A DNA stretch of 64,000 bases from Escherichia coli. Its GTDB lineage: Bacteria > Pseudomonadota > Gammaproteobacteria > Enterobacterales > Enterobacteriaceae. The position numbers and the translations under genes are program-made. Under the pieces are notes generated by a model that had not been told where the DNA came from, made no database searches, and worked only from the letters and a program-made list of their open reading frames with translations. This document shows, one piece after another, positions 38,865 through 46,398 of the stretch. Where the stretch lies: assembly GCF_050920415.1 (NCBI RefSeq), contig NZ_CP169309.1; one strand, given 5' to 3'. How positions within the stretch are numbered: the stretch's first letter is position 1; each line of letters begins with the position of its first letter.

Positions 38865-40227
38865 TATCGCGGAGGGCGGTATTCTCCTGATTATTTTCTT
38901 CACCTTCATCATCGTTTTCCTCGTCTTCCAGTTCTACTTCACTAGCTGGGCCATCGTATCCGGCAGCTTCGCGGATCTCATCGCCGCTAAATATTTCCTC
39001 ACCAGTAGCGAGACATGCCTGATTGATTTGCGCCATCTTGTGTGCCGCTTCCAGTAGTTCGGCTTTTGTCATAGCATTCAGGTCATCCCATAAAACTGAT
39101 ATATCGACTGGCATACTGATAAGGCGTAGATCTGCCATCTTGCGGAATAGTTCTTCAAGCTCGCCTCCGATTTCCTCACGACGGGTCATACAGCGATTAT
39201 TGAAGTAGCGGAGGTCTTCAGTTGATGCGCGTTCACCCTGCTGATTGCCAACCAGAATACGCGTTGGAATGTCGATACCAGCGGCGGCGGTTTGCAGGTT
39301 GACGTCATAGGTTGCAGATGGATCGGCTACGGCAGTGACCAGCGGGCTAACGGTAGCTCCCTGTAATGCCATCATCACATCATTACCTTTGTTTATATCC
39401 TCTGCCGCTTCATTGAATTTTTCGCGTAGCTCTGTAACGTCGCAACCGTATGTTGCAGCCAGAGAACGGAAATCAATCTCTTTGTCGAATGAGATAGCTA
39501 GTTGACGTGCGGCGTTTTTAAGGAATGACTCACCGCTACCACCTTCCACTTTCTCCAGCGAAACGAAAGCGTTATAGGATGGCTCAAGGAAAGCGATAGC
39601 ATCATCAGAATAGTCACCAAATATAAAGATCCGGTCTGGATGGATTTTCCTTGCTATGGTCTTATTGTTGATGCGTTCTTTGTATTCCCACCATGTCGGC
39701 AGGCCATAGTTTTCATTATCCGGGTTTTCTTCGAAGTCCTTCGGCGTCAGAGCGCCAGCCCACACAGGGGTGAATTTGGCAATGCCTGCACCTTTCGTCA
39801 CTGGCTTATCCCACGGCTGGCTATCTCTGACATGAATTAACAGGCCCGCATAACGACCGATGAGGCGGCGGCGATCACATTCAGCTATGACGCGCCAGAA
39901 TCGATTATCGAATCGTTTTTTGATTTCTCTTTCCCACGGCGTTTCCTTTTCTGCTTTCTCGTCTTCCGTGCCTTCAATCATCGCTGGCCTGGTGCGCCAA
40001 CACGTCGTGATAATCTTTTCAATAGCACCGTGAGCGATACCACCGCGACGATACAGCTTATAAAGATCATCATAGGTGATCTCTTCTTTGAATCCGTATT
40101 CACTCCAGGCGGCATCACGCTTTGCATCAATACCCATTGAGAAAGGATGCGCGGCGGCATAGCGTGCAAAGGCCACCTGACGTTGTGACAAGGCAGCATT
40201 AACCGCCAATTCTAAATTGGATGGCAT
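38854..40227 (-). CDS. Portal protein (DUF1073-type)
   Basis: Track ORF 38854..40248; start at MPSNLELAV; CDRRRLIGRYAGLLIHVRD resembles the DUF1073 portal family; acidic C-terminus. Confidence 0.75.
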   Translation of the reverse strand: MPSNLELAVNAALSQRQVAFARYAAAHPFSMGIDAKRDAAWSEYGFKEEITYDDLYKLYRRGGIAHGAIEKIITTCWRTRPAMIEGTEDEKAEKETPWEREIKKRFDNRFWRVIAECDRRRLIGRYAGLLIHVRDSQPWDKPVTKGAGIAKFTPVWAGALTPKDFEENPDNENYGLPTWWEYKERINNKTIARKIHPDRIFIFGDYSDDAIAFLEPSYNAFVSLEKVEGGSGESFLKNAARQLAISFDKEIDFRSLAATYGCDVTELREKFNEAAEDINKGNDVMMALQGATVSPLVTAVADPSATYDVNLQTAAAGIDIPTRILVGNQQGERASTEDLRYFNNRCMTRREEIGGELEELFRKMADLRLISMPVDISVLWDDLNAMTKAELLEAAHKMAQINQACLATGEEIFSGDEIREAAGYDGPASEVELEDEENDDEGEENNQENTALRDNAI

Positions 40228-40306
40228 AATGTTTACTCCTGAATGCATGTTTACGCGTTGCTACGCGAAAAATAGAAAAATTCGTGATGGATTTGTGAGA
40301 TGGTTT

Positions 40307-41791
40307 TTAAAATCCGCGCAGGCGCTTAGGTAACATAAGGCCCATTGCCTGAGGCTGGCTTAATTCAGTGATACCCCATACCATTGCGTCGAGGCGGTCC
40401 GGGGATTTTTTAGCGGTAGCTGGCACGTATTCCATCATTTGATTTTCCAGCGTGTACAGGCTGCCTGTGTGGGCCACCCTTCCCTGTGCATACAGTGCCG
40501 ATATTGGCTCGGCGCGGGCGAATTTACCTTTGCTTGCGTGCACCTTAACAATGCGGCCTTTGAATCCGGCATTACGTAGCGTGGCTTCCGCCATCTCCCC
40601 GCCCTGGTTTGTTTCGATAACTATCGCGTCAGCTTCATGGATCTCATAAGCGTTCATTGCGGCTTGCGCCCAGTCGTTAGGAGACATGCGGCCTGAGTAG
40701 TCGCCGTCTACTGAATATTGCGCGTGCTTACCACCACCATAAGCGGAACAAGCCATAATCCCTGTTTCGTCAGACTCTTCCGATGATGTTGTTGCCGGGT
40801 CAATGGCTATCACCGTGCGGATCTTGTCCTGCGTTATCTGCATCCGGTGAGCGGCGGTTATCATCGCTTCAGTCCATAACGCGCCTTCTTCGTCGAATTT
40901 ACGCGGGCGCTGCATGTACTGGGCCTCAAATGACCGTCTGTGCGCCTTCAGTCCGGCTTCATGGCTGTCATTGTGCTTTTTAGGCCATAGCCAGCCGTCC
41001 GGCAGGTTGTGAGCAATAGGGATGGCGAATTCGTTTTCCGGGTACAGATCCCAATAGTCGATGCTATTGTCGATCTTCACTGGCAGGTTAAGGTGATACC
41101 ATTTCTCACCACTGCCACCGCGTAACAGGTAGCCGGACAAATCATCGTAGTGGATGCGCTGCATAATGACGATCACGGGCGTGGTTTGCACTGCCAGACG
41201 TGAAGCCAGCGTGTCGTTATAGTTGGTCTTTACCTTCTCCCGCATCACATCAGAGTAAGCGTCAGCGGGCTTTAATGGGTCGTCGATAATCATCGCGCCG
41301 TTAAAGCCTGGCTCCATGTAACCAGCACGAAAACCCGTAATCTGACCGTGTGACGATGCGGCATATATCCCGCCGCCCTGTTCCGTCCACCACATCGATT
41401 TACTGTTGGCATCGTTGCGGATCTTCATGGGCCATAGCTTTTGGTATTCCTGCGAACAAACCATGCTTCTGACTGTCGATGAATTGAGTAATGCCAGATT
41501 GTCGGAATAGGAAACATGAAGGAAGCGTGTGCGGGGATTTATTGCGAGGGACCGCGCCATCATATTGATGGTTGCGATCATGGTTTTACCGTACCCTGGG
41601 GGGATGTTAATGATGAGGCGGGTAATCTCACCATTAATAACACGCTGTAGCGCATCACGGATGGCTATGTGGTGTCCTGAGATTAACATCTTCGTTCCGT
41701 TTGCTTGCTTGTAGAAGTAACGGTTGAAGAACAGGCCATCGTTTTCACATTTTGACTGAATAACCCTTTCTTTGATGGACAACATAATCAC
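40307..41791 (-). CDS. Terminase large subunit
   Basis: 494 aa; Walker A PPGYGKT; IIDDP Walker B; C-terminal nuclease-like region. Confidence 0.88.
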   Translation of the reverse strand: MIMLSIKERVIQSKCENDGLFFNRYFYKQANGTKMLISGHHIAIRDALQRVINGEITRLIINIPPGYGKTMIATINMMARSLAINPRTRFLHVSYSDNLALLNSSTVRSMVCSQEYQKLWPMKIRNDANSKSMWWTEQGGGIYAASSHGQITGFRAGYMEPGFNGAMIIDDPLKPADAYSDVMREKVKTNYNDTLASRLAVQTTPVIVIMQRIHYDDLSGYLLRGGSGEKWYHLNLPVKIDNSIDYWDLYPENEFAIPIAHNLPDGWLWPKKHNDSHEAGLKAHRRSFEAQYMQRPRKFDEEGALWTEAMITAAHRMQITQDKIRTVIAIDPATTSSEESDETGIMACSAYGGGKHAQYSVDGDYSGRMSPNDWAQAAMNAYEIHEADAIVIETNQGGEMAEATLRNAGFKGRIVKVHASKGKFARAEPISALYAQGRVAHTGSLYTLENQMMEYVPATAKKSPDRLDAMVWGITELSQPQAMGLMLPKRLRGF

Positions 41792-42273
41792 ACCTCGTCT
41801 TCTACTTCCTGGACGATGCGGGCGATCTCTTCTTTCGTGACTTCAACCTGGACGGGCGCTTCTTCCTTGTTGCCAATAATCTCTTGTGTGACGCGTTCGC
41901 CATATTTACGCGGTTGCAGTTTTGCCAGTAACCATTTGCGCGTTTCAATCATTAGTTGGTGGCGGCGTAGTTGGTCTTTATCAACGTTTTTAGCATCATC
42001 AGCAATGTCGATGATTTCATCAGCTAATACCTCGAAACCGATCTCCTTCGCGCGCATATACATGTCCGAAAATTCAGGCACATCCCTAAACCACTTAAGA
42101 ATTGTTGAACGTGATGGCATACCAGGCATCTTCGAAATTTTGTTAACGCTCTGACCGTCCGCCACCAGCTCACAAATCTCTAACGCCTTTTCTTCGGTAT
42201 AACCATGCGGACGGCCCACCTTTTTAGCGGCTGGCTTTTTGTCGTCAGCATTTGCCTTTTTAGTGCGGGCCAT
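41788..42273 (-). CDS. Terminase small subunit (HTH)
   Basis: 161 aa; Lys-rich N-terminus; HTH SVNKISKMPGMPSRSTILKW; overlaps the TerL start. Confidence 0.75.
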   Translation of the reverse strand: MARTKKANADDKKPAAKKVGRPHGYTEEKALEICELVADGQSVNKISKMPGMPSRSTILKWFRDVPEFSDMYMRAKEIGFEVLADEIIDIADDAKNVDKDQLRRHQLMIETRKWLLAKLQPRKYGERVTQEIIGNKEEAPVQVEVTKEEIARIVQEVEDEV

Positions 42274-42283
42274 ATTTCACCTC

Positions 42284-42367
42284 TCAATATTTATTGATGA
42301 TATATACGCAAGCTACAAAACTTGCACAGTATGTTAATACTTCCAACCAGTCGAATAGCTCTTTCAT
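42284..42367 (-). CDS. Mini-ORF 10 of the array, 27 aa single-TM peptide
   Basis: MKELFDWLEVLTYCASFVACVYIINKY; AAGGG SD; its stop lies within the terS SD region. Confidence 0.5.
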   Translation of the reverse strand: MKELFDWLEVLTYCASFVACVYIINKY

Positions 42368-42377
42368 TGTTTACCCT

Positions 42378-42449
42378 TTACATAATCGAAAGCGCCCAGG
42401 TAATAAGGACGATAGCCAAAACCATGCAGATAAAATCTGACTCTCTCAT
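42378..42449 (-). CDS. Mini-ORF 9, 23 aa single-TM peptide
   Basis: MRESDFICMVLAIVLITWALSIM; AAGGTGG SD. Confidence 0.5.
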   Translation of the reverse strand: MRESDFICMVLAIVLITWALSIM

Positions 42450-42463
42450 ATTGTCCACCTTGT

Positions 42464-42532
42464 TTACGCGAAGAAAACAATAACAGCTAACAGCGTGCAT
42501 ATAGCCATAATTAAGAAATCACTATCAGACAT
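42464..42532 (-). CDS. Mini-ORF 8, 22 aa single-TM peptide
   Basis: MSDSDFLIMAICTLLAVIVFFA; GGGAGTG SD; start overlaps the upstream stop. Confidence 0.5.
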   Translation of the reverse strand: MSDSDFLIMAICTLLAVIVFFA

Positions 42533-42599
42533 TGATAATCACTCCCACGATAATTAACGCTGCTATACATACGAACAATACAGCTTCGATAACATCCAT
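42525..42599 (-). CDS. Mini-ORF 7, 24 aa single-TM peptide
   Basis: MDVIEAVLFVCIAALIIVGVIINV; AGGTGAG SD. Confidence 0.5.
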   Translation of the reverse strand: MDVIEAVLFVCIAALIIVGVIINV

Positions 42600-42607
42600 T
42601 CGCTCAC

Positions 42608-42676
42608 CTATTGAGTTAGCGCGGTCATGGTAAGAACAATCGCAACGATCAGGAAAAAGAAATCAAGCCATTTCAT
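42608..42676 (-). CDS. Mini-ORF 6, 22 aa single-TM peptide
   Basis: MKWLDFFFLIVAIVLTMTALTQ; ATGA overlap with mini-ORF 5; GGGAG SD. Confidence 0.5.
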   Translation of the reverse strand: MKWLDFFFLIVAIVLTMTALTQ

Positions 42677-42753
42677 TTTTTAAACTCCCGATAAACATCT
42701 ACGGCAATCACTGTAATAACAGCCACCAGCAATAGCATTTCATATGCGTTCAT
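42673..42753 (-). CDS. Mini-ORF 5, 26 aa single-TM peptide
   Basis: MNAYEMLLLVAVITVIAVDVYREFKK; AGGTGA SD. Confidence 0.5.
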   Translation of the reverse strand: MNAYEMLLLVAVITVIAVDVYREFKK

Positions 42754-42761
42754 GCTTTCAC

Positions 42762-42836
42762 CTATACAACGTTATTCCACCAGAAATAGATAATGACTGC
42801 GACCAACGACCACCAGATGAGATCGTAAATGTTCAT
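42762..42836 (-). CDS. Mini-ORF 4, 24 aa single-TM peptide
   Basis: MNIYDLIWWSLVAVIIYFWWNNVV; weak SD only. Confidence 0.4.
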   Translation of the reverse strand: MNIYDLIWWSLVAVIIYFWWNNVV

Positions 42837-42848
42837 GATTAAATACCG

Positions 42849-42923
42849 TCAGCTCTCAATGAATATCATGATCGCCAGCCATACAGCGACGCAGGCAGAA
42901 AGAACAATAAGCGGATCAATCAT
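42849..42923 (-). CDS. Mini-ORF 3, 24 aa single-TM peptide (alternative start 42935)
   Basis: MIDPLIVLSACVAVWLAIMIFIES; GGGTGG SD. Confidence 0.5.
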   Translation of the reverse strand: MIDPLIVLSACVAVWLAIMIFIES

Positions 42924-42935
42924 ATTGCCACCCAT

Positions 42936-43031
42936 CTAATATTTGCTCATTACGGTTATAAGCACGGCGATAACGAAGCCAACCAGAAATATAGATATAC
43001 CTATTAATCCGGCGATGATGCTTTCGTCCAT
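42936..43031 (-). CDS. Mini-ORF 2, 31 aa single-TM peptide
   Basis: MDESIIAGLIGISIFLVGFVIAVLITVMSKY; AGGA SD. Confidence 0.5.
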   Translation of the reverse strand: MDESIIAGLIGISIFLVGFVIAVLITVMSKY

Positions 43032-43033
43032 AA

Positions 43034-43123
43034 CTAATCCTGCATAGACATAACCACCAGAAACAAGCAAAGGATGAATCCAGCCGCCATCCCACCGATG
43101 AAAGTTAGTATTGATGCGATCAT
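43034..43123 (-). CDS. Mini-ORF 1, 29 aa single-TM peptide
   Basis: MIASILTFIGGMAAGFILCLFLVVMSMQD; GAGG SD; starts 2 nt after the upstream stop. Confidence 0.5.
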   Translation of the reverse strand: MIASILTFIGGMAAGFILCLFLVVMSMQD

Positions 43124-43125
43124 AA

Positions 43126-43656
43126 TCAGCCTCGTTTAAAGCTCATAACACGCGGTACAAGCGCTTCTTTTGCTTTCGGCTTACGTTTGCCTTTCTTTGC
43201 GGGTTTTTCTTCCTTCGGCTGTTCTAATGCCTGCTCGACGACTTCAGCCGCCTGCATTGCCGCTACTTGTGCTTCGTTTGATTCAGCCAGGATAGGGAAA
43301 AATGCATCGAAGATACGGCCTACCATGTAAGCGTAAGTCTCATTCGCCGGGTGAGTTGGATCAGTGATCGCCACGACGCCAACATCACTTAAAACGTGGA
43401 ATGTAGTGTGAGCGCATTCATGTACCAGCGTTCCTAACTCATTGTCGAATACTGCGATCACGTAGAAGTTACCGCCTTTCTCACCAGTGCAAGTAAGCGT
43501 CAATCCTCCAGCCAGTTCGAAATCAGGTTCGATTGGAATTCCTGCCTTTTCGCAAAATTCATAAAACATCTCGCGGGTCGGGCAAAAGAAAACGGTTGTA
43601 TGCTCAAAGAGCGGGATCTTGAATTGAGGCAACTTAATGCCTTTAGCCTTAGCCAT
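43126..43656 (-). CDS. HExxH-motif protein (putative zinc metallopeptidase) with Lys-rich C-terminal tail
   Basis: 176 aa; LVHECAHTTFH contains HExxH; C-terminus KEEKPAKKGKRKPKAKE. Confidence 0.55.
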   Translation of the reverse strand: MAKAKGIKLPQFKIPLFEHTTVFFCPTREMFYEFCEKAGIPIEPDFELAGGLTLTCTGEKGGNFYVIAVFDNELGTLVHECAHTTFHVLSDVGVVAITDPTHPANETYAYMVGRIFDAFFPILAESNEAQVAAMQAAEVVEQALEQPKEEKPAKKGKRKPKAKEALVPRVMSFKRG

Positions 43657-43983
43657 CAGAATAATCTCCTGTCTGGTTTGCTTTTACTTCCTGTTTATAC
43701 AGCGGAAGGAATGACATAAAACACTGAAAACGGCGCTTCATCAGTACCGTTTCCAGAATTTTATAAAACTGGACCTGCTTAACATCTCTGATAAACAGAT
43801 CCGGGCGCTCGTCCTACGCATGGCAGGTGAGTGAATGGCGCTTTCTTCTACCCGGGTAGCGCCGACCTGTTAATGGGATGGATGATCCGGTATTACGTGT
43901 TTTTGACTATTCCGCCGTCGCTCGCGGGAAGGATTGCCCCGGTTATGGCTGGCTGGCGGAAACGGCGACACGTCCACGCGCTG

Positions 43984-44454
43984 TTATTTTTTGCGTAAGC
44001 ACTGCGTTTTGATATAGCTCTGAAGTCCGGTGATCTTCGCGTCTTTCTCTTTTAGTTGTTCTCTGAGGGATAGATAAGCCGATTCAGCGTCGGGAGTGAG
44101 TCTACAGGTGGCTCCATCAATGCGGCTGGCGGTTCCGGTATTGTCGAGTAATCGCACTGGCTCGGCGTTGACGTGCAACCGGATAGTACCGCTATCAATG
44201 CCTGCACGCAGATCGGCAATGTCAGATCTGATAGCTTTAATTTCATCGTGATACCTCTTATCAAGTTTTGACAGTTCGGCGTTTCGCTCCTTCATCTGCT
44301 GAATAGTGTTACTTGCTGTTTTTAGTGCGCCTTGCGTCACCGTGACTTCTTCCTGTAACCTTGCCGCCTCACCGTGGTAATAACATGTAACGGCAGCTAG
44401 CCCGGCAATAATGCAAACAACAACGGCGATGATTAACGCCTTTACCTTGTCCAT
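43984..44454 (-). CDS. Spanin inner-membrane subunit (Rz-like)
   Basis: 156 aa; N-terminal TM helix then coiled coil; directly after the endolysin; contains an embedded lipoprotein ORF. Confidence 0.85.
   Translation of the reverse strand: MDKVKALIIAVVVCIIAGLAAVTCYYHGEAARLQEEVTVTQGALKTASNTIQQMKERNAELSKLDKRYHDEIKAIRSDIADLRAGIDSGTIRLHVNAEPVRLLDNTGTASRIDGATCRLTPDAESAYLSLREQLKEKDAKITGLQSYIKTQCLRKK
44052..44246 (-). CDS. Spanin outer-membrane lipoprotein subunit (Rz1-like), embedded in Rz in the +1 frame
   Basis: Track ORF 44052..44264; start at [24 protein letters not shown] (lipobox LSGC); Pro-rich mature part. Confidence 0.8.
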   Translation of the reverse strand: MKLKLSDLTLPICVQALIAVLSGCTSTPSQCDYSTIPEPPAALMEPPVDSLPTLNRLIYPSENN

Positions 44455-44933
44455 GTTTCACCCCATTCGCAAACGGCATATTCAACATCACGGCGATTGA
44501 TTAAACCTTGCCACTGCTTACCGCCAGCATAGATCCAGCGTTTAAGCTGTGCGCACGCTTCTGATTTCTTGCCGTCATTGAGTAGCTTCAATAAGGTTGA
44601 TGTTTTGAAATTGGTTGCGCCTACGTTATAGGCGAATGAATAAAGCGCCGCGCGGGTAAAATCTGATATTTCGACTTTAATATACGGGTCAATCGCTTTT
44701 GCGGTCTTGTGGAGATCTTTGTTTAACAAAGCATCGCATTCTGATTGCGTGTAAGTCTTACCAAGCATGATGTCTTTTCCGGTGTGACCATAGCAAACAG
44801 TCCATACACCGATAACATCACGATACGGATCGTACTCCACGCCTTCTAATGGTTTAACCATCACAGCCGCAATAGCGATCGCCCCACCAGCCGCCGCAGC
44901 AATAATCTTATTCTTCAGCGATTGGCTAATCAT
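44442..44933 (-). CDS. SAR endolysin (T4-lysozyme-type, GH24)
   Basis: Track ORF 44442..45014; start at [26 protein letters not shown] (signal-anchor-release helix); E-x8-D-x5-T catalytic triad in [17 protein letters not shown]; strongly resembles the phage 21 R protein. Confidence 0.88.
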   Translation of the reverse strand: MISQSLKNKIIAAAAGGAIAIAAVMVKPLEGVEYDPYRDVIGVWTVCYGHTGKDIMLGKTYTQSECDALLNKDLHKTAKAIDPYIKVEISDFTRAALYSFAYNVGATNFKTSTLLKLLNDGKKSEACAQLKRWIYAGGKQWQGLINRRDVEYAVCEWGETWTR

Positions 44934-44934
44934 G

Positions 44935-45135
44935 TTACTTATTCCCCATTCGCGCGTCGTGTTCCTCTTGCGCTCGTTTGTTCTCCTGTGATTTGAAGTA
45001 ATAATTAACGGCAAATGTGCCTATGGTTGATAAGATACCCACAAATACAGCAACATCATTAATGGTTATCGCACCAAAAAAGGCCGTTACGGCCCCTACT
45101 GCATACGCGCACACCTCCCGTATTTTGTCGAACAT
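44935..45135 (-). CDS. Holin (66 aa, two TM segments, charged C-terminus)
   Basis: Track ORF; GGAGG SD; immediately upstream of the endolysin. Confidence 0.75.
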   Translation of the reverse strand: MFDKIREVCAYAVGAVTAFFGAITINDVAVFVGILSTIGTFAVNYYFKSQENKRAQEEHDARMGNK

Positions 45136-45155
45136 AGATTTACCTCCAACAAAGC

Positions 45156-45178
45156 AAAAACCCGGCGCGGGGCCGGGT
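45156..45178 (-). terminator. Intrinsic terminator immediately upstream of the holin RBS
   Basis: Minus strand ACCCGGCcccgcGCCGGGT followed by TTTTGCTTTG, 12 nt before the holin SD. Confidence 0.75.
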
Positions 45179-45240
45179 AATTACAATTTCGCATTGTTAG
45201 GAAATATTTTAATCTATTTGTTTTTTATGCGCGATTATGG

Positions 45241-45417
45241 CTACAGTTTCTTAATTAATAGCCCATTATCAAGTAATAATTGCATTTGCTCGCGGCTCAT
45301 TAGTGAATCTTTCCAGTATGGGTCATCAATAGTCATAATCATCACTTTGTCGCCTTTTAGCATGTAGGCTATACCGAACAAAGTATGTGAATAAACACCA
45401 TCTTCGATCTCATTCAT
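45241..45417 (-). CDS. Hypothetical 58-aa protein, paralogue family member 3
   Basis: My translation: MNEIEDGVYSHTLFGIAYMLKGDKVMIMTIDDPYWKDSLMSREQMQLLLDNGLLIKKL; ATGA overlap with the upstream gene. Confidence 0.5.
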   Translation of the reverse strand: MNEIEDGVYSHTLFGIAYMLKGDKVMIMTIDDPYWKDSLMSREQMQLLLDNGLLIKKL

Positions 45418-45596
45418 AGTCCGCTAACCCTTACCACATCGCCGTTATAAAGCATGATTTCAATCATTGCTCGCGTCATCTCGATGAATGGCTTCCTCCA
45501 GTCACCACCATCAATACAGACACGAATATCATCACCTTCCACGCGGTAAAACATCTCGTCGATTAGTGTTACGGCGTATATACCATCTTCAATCAT
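45414..45596 (-). CDS. Hypothetical 60-aa protein, paralogue family member 2
   Basis: Track ORF; FYRVEGDDIRVCIDGGDWRKPFIEMT parallels neighbour YYRLEGEHVMMRLHQLEPWHEPFLTMT. Confidence 0.55.
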   Translation of the reverse strand: MIEDGIYAVTLIDEMFYRVEGDDIRVCIDGGDWRKPFIEMTRAMIEIMLYNGDVVRVSGL

Positions 45597-45821
45597 TTAA
45601 CTATCCTCTTTGAATAGCCTAAATTTAATATCGCCAATCTTGCGCCAGTATCCGTGATTAAACATCGCGATGATCTCCGCAGATGTCATAGTTAAAAACG
45701 GTTCATGCCACGGCTCAAGCTGGTGTAATCGCATCATTACGTGTTCACCTTCAAGGCGATAATAAGCGCGTGACGCCAATGACTGATAAACACCGTCATA
45801 TTTATGGTCGCTATTTCCCAT
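45597..45821 (-). CDS. Hypothetical 74-aa protein, paralogue family member 1
   Basis: Track ORF 45597..45866; start at MGNSDHKYDG with AAGGGG SD. Confidence 0.55.
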   Translation of the reverse strand: MGNSDHKYDGVYQSLASRAYYRLEGEHVMMRLHQLEPWHEPFLTMTSAEIIAMFNHGYWRKIGDIKFRLFKEDS

Positions 45822-46011
45822 TTTTACGCCCCTTAATGGCTCTTTTGATCTGCGTGCGCGTGGCATCGACGAAAGCGATAAACACCGCTACAGGCCAGAA
45901 AGGAATCTCAAGGCCACCACGATCGAGATCATTAGATTTGATAAAACAATACATCAGGATAGCGCCAGCGATATAAAGGAGAAACACAGCAATGATAAGA
46001 CATTCAATCAT
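45811..46011 (-). CDS. Small membrane protein (66 aa)
   Basis: Track ORF; two hydrophobic segments; basic tail. Confidence 0.5.
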   Translation of the reverse strand: MIECLIIAVFLLYIAGAILMYCFIKSNDLDRGGLEIPFWPVAVFIAFVDATRTQIKRAIKGRKNGK

Positions 46012-46144
46012 CCTCTTTCTCCCCGCCTAAATATTGATATATTTCTTCAGCATTTTCCCCGCGCTCAAAACAATAATGTTCAAACATGCGCCAGTGTTCA
46101 CTAAGAAACATAACAATAAAATTGTTAACGTATTCGTCATCCAT
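46007..46144 (-). CDS. Hypothetical acidic 45-aa protein
   Basis: My translation: MDDEYVNNFIVMFLSEHWRMFEHYCFERGENAEEIYQYLGGEKEDD; fills the gap between track ORFs with overlapping stop/start. Confidence 0.4.
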
Positions 46145-46146
46145 AG

Positions 46147-46398
46147 TTAATCATCCTCTTCATCGTCTTCTTGTTCAGCCAGGAAATCATCGACGGCACG
46201 GTAAGTGACTGGCGGGACGTATTCGAAATCATCACTATCAAGATCGAGCGTCCGGCTGTCGCCGTCGTCGTCCATCGTGTTCATCCCCAGCTCACCGAAA
46301 GGACCGTATCCAATGTGGCCCAGGTATTCGCAACCAGTCGTAAAGCCAGGGTATTCACCTTTACAACGGATTTTGTAAGGTTTATTTGATGCGCTCAA
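46147..46398 (-). CDS. Hypothetical 83-aa protein with strongly acidic C-terminus
   Basis: Track ORF; ends DDFLAEQEDDEEDD. Confidence 0.5.
   Translation of the reverse strand: MSASNKPYKIRCKGEYPGFTTGCEYLGHIGYGPFGELGMNTMDDDGDSRTLDLDSDDFEYVPPVTYRAVDDFLAEQEDDEEDD

Noticed and set aside
45179-45240. Assigning a lambda-type PR'/qut late promoter just upstream of the holin terminator (TAAAAT at 45211..45206)
   Set aside because: There is no acceptable -35 or TG extension, and the Q-like gene is 5.9 kb away. I kept only the terminator as a feature.
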